From positions 291,453 through 355,452 of the forward strand of contig CALWJY010000015.1 of the NCBI GenBank assembly GCA_944381135.1: a stretch of DNA of 64,000 bases. Direction: 5' to 3'. Each line of letters opens with the position of its first letter. Position 1 is the stretch's first letter. A program made the position numbers and the translations under genes. Source of the stretch: an uncultured Clostridia bacterium. Its GTDB lineage: Bacteria > Bacillota > Clostridia > Christensenellales > UBA1242. This document shows positions 62,825-64,000 of this stretch, piece by piece. The notes under the pieces are model-generated. The model did no database searches. It saw nothing but the letters and a program-made list of their open reading frames with translations, and was not told where the DNA came from.

Positions 62825-63200
62825 AATTTAAATCACCGAAATATTAACAAAAACAATAATAAAAGCGAAAAAGTTAAAAAATAATAAAATTTTTATTAAA
62901 TTAAAATAAAATTAATAAAAAAATCAATAAAAAGAAATTAAAATAGTTTTTTTTGATTTTTATTTTATTTCCAAAACCAATTCTTCATCGCAAAATAATG
63001 AACAAAAACCACACCCTCCAAAAAATAAAATAAACAAATTAAACAAATTAAACAAAATTGTTTTTTGCTTAATAAATGTTTAAAAATATATAAAATTTCA
63101 ATTTTTAATTAAAAAATTATAAATATTTTATTATTTTTTAGTCGTATTTTGGTTTTTTATATTTTATTTTTATTTATAAGTTTTAAACAAAAAAACGCAA

Positions 63201-63227
63201 ATAAAAAAAAGGACTTCTCTGTCCTTA
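63201..63227 (-). terminator. rho-independent terminator of dut (overlaps the stop codon)
   Basis: The minus strand reads TAAGGAC-agagaa-GTCCTTTTTTTTAT. Confidence 0.55.
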
Positions 63228-63683
63228 TTTTACTGTTGAACCAAAACCACCCGTCCTGACATTTGTTGATTCCACATCGTCATCAGTTGTCAAAAATTTG
63301 AAAAAGAAGATTTGCCCAATCTTGTCTCCGGCTTTGACATGATATGGTGTCTTGTTGAGATTGTGGAGCAAAAACCCAATGTTTCCATCGTTGGTGATGT
63401 TGTCAGCATAATCACTTTCAATGATTCCAATGCCATTTGCCAAAATGATTCCTTTCTTTCCAAGCCCGCTTGTTGAAGCCAAAATGAACCCCTCATCAGT
63501 GTTGCAATACGCTTTGAAATTGATGAAAACAAGTTCTGTTGACTCTGGTGCAATTGTGATGTCAATCGGAGAAAAACAATCATAGCACACGGAATGCTTT
63601 GTTGCCCTGTATGGTTTTTTCAAAGTTTTTGGGTCAACACCATATTTCATAAATTCTGGTTTGACAAGCGCAAATTTTCTCAT
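63225..63683 (-). CDS. dut: dUTP diphosphatase
   Basis: 'GIGIIESDYADN' matches motif 3 (G.ID.DYRG-like) and the C-terminal 'RTGGFGST' matches motif 5. A GAGGTGA SD precedes the start. Confidence 0.8.
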   Translation of the reverse strand: MRKFALVKPEFMKYGVDPKTLKKPYRATKHSVCYDCFSPIDITIAPESTELVFINFKAYCNTDEGFILASTSGLGKKGIILANGIGIIESDYADNITNDGNIGFLLHNLNKTPYHVKAGDKIGQIFFFKFLTTDDDVESTNVRTGGFGSTVK

Positions 63684-63834
63684 TTTTCACCTCTTTTCAT
63701 CAATTTTATCATATTTTAACAACTTTTTTACATTTTTTTGTTGTTCTTTTAGCAAAAAAGTCACATTTTTTAAATTTGGTTTTTAACTACAATTTTACTT
63801 TAATCACATAACAACTTTATTTTTTAAAAACCAA

Positions 63835-64000
63835 TCACAATTCTTCGTCAGAATAGACAATTGTCTTTCCTTGTTTTAAAGACTCCTTGACATTGATGAC
63901 GCGTTGATTTTCCGAGCCACGAAACTTCAATCTCAAGTTTTTCTTCTCTTCAACAAATTCACCATCCACCAAAAAATCAATTATCTCCAGCATCTCTTGC
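63835..64000 (-). CDS. nrdG: anaerobic ribonucleoside-triphosphate reductase activating protein, C-terminal fragment (5' end beyond window)
   Basis: This ORF is not in the supplied track. My own translation of the minus strand gives '...MLEIIDFLVDGEFVEEKKNLRLKFRGSENQRVINVKESLKQGKTIVYSDEEL*'. The 'LVDG.F......L.FRGS.NQR.I.V..S' string is the conserved NrdG C-terminus. Confidence 0.7.
   Translation of the reverse strand, partial: QEMLEIIDFLVDGEFVEEKKNLRLKFRGSENQRVINVKESLKQGKTIVYSDEEL

Noticed and set aside
62825-63224. AT-rich repeats ('AAACAAATTAAACAAATTAAACAAAATT', 'AAAATAAAAT...') as a possible CRISPR array or minisatellite
   Set aside because: The units are about 10 bp long and degenerate. 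There is no regular repeat-spacer structure and there are no cas genes. This is low-complexity DNA in a convergent terminator region.

Overview
This 64-kb chromosomal window comes from a low-GC bacterium that resembles Bacillota or Mycoplasmatota. It uses the standard genetic code: TGA ends several well-supported genes, for example at 4-6, 5561-5563 and 23279-23281. About 40% of the window is one minus-strand ORF (35971..61275 after start trimming, about 8,430 aa). It encodes a secreted protein that is anchored by a C-terminal transmembrane helix and is built almost entirely of InlB-B / 'Listeria-Bacteroides' type repeats, MucBP-like beta-grasp modules and a few jelly-roll inserts, so it is a candidate giant adhesin or glycan-binding protein. 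The remaining genes are mixed. (i) Housekeeping: comEC-holA, tmk, dut, a partial nrdG, tRNA-Leu(UAG), and NUDIX, HD, MBL and GNAT enzymes. (ii) A glycerol and lipid-scavenging block: glpK, a three-gene FAD-dependent glycerol-3-phosphate dehydrogenase set, a monoacylglycerol-lipase-like hydrolase, and a YhhN lysoplasmalogenase-like protein. (iii) Three surface-glycopolymer-type clusters: a pyruvyl transferase with an ABC-2 exporter; a glycosyltransferase operon carrying a glycerol-1-phosphate-dehydrogenase-like gene next to a divergent CitC-like ligase fusion; and a membrane GT2 with a YvcK/CofD::HAD fusion and a nucleotidyltransferase. I saw no CRISPR array, transposase, integrase or rRNA. All family calls rest on motif recognition by eye. 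No database search or structure prediction was possible, so family names are hypotheses at the confidence stated. Coordinates of sub-gene domains are good to about +/-30 nt.
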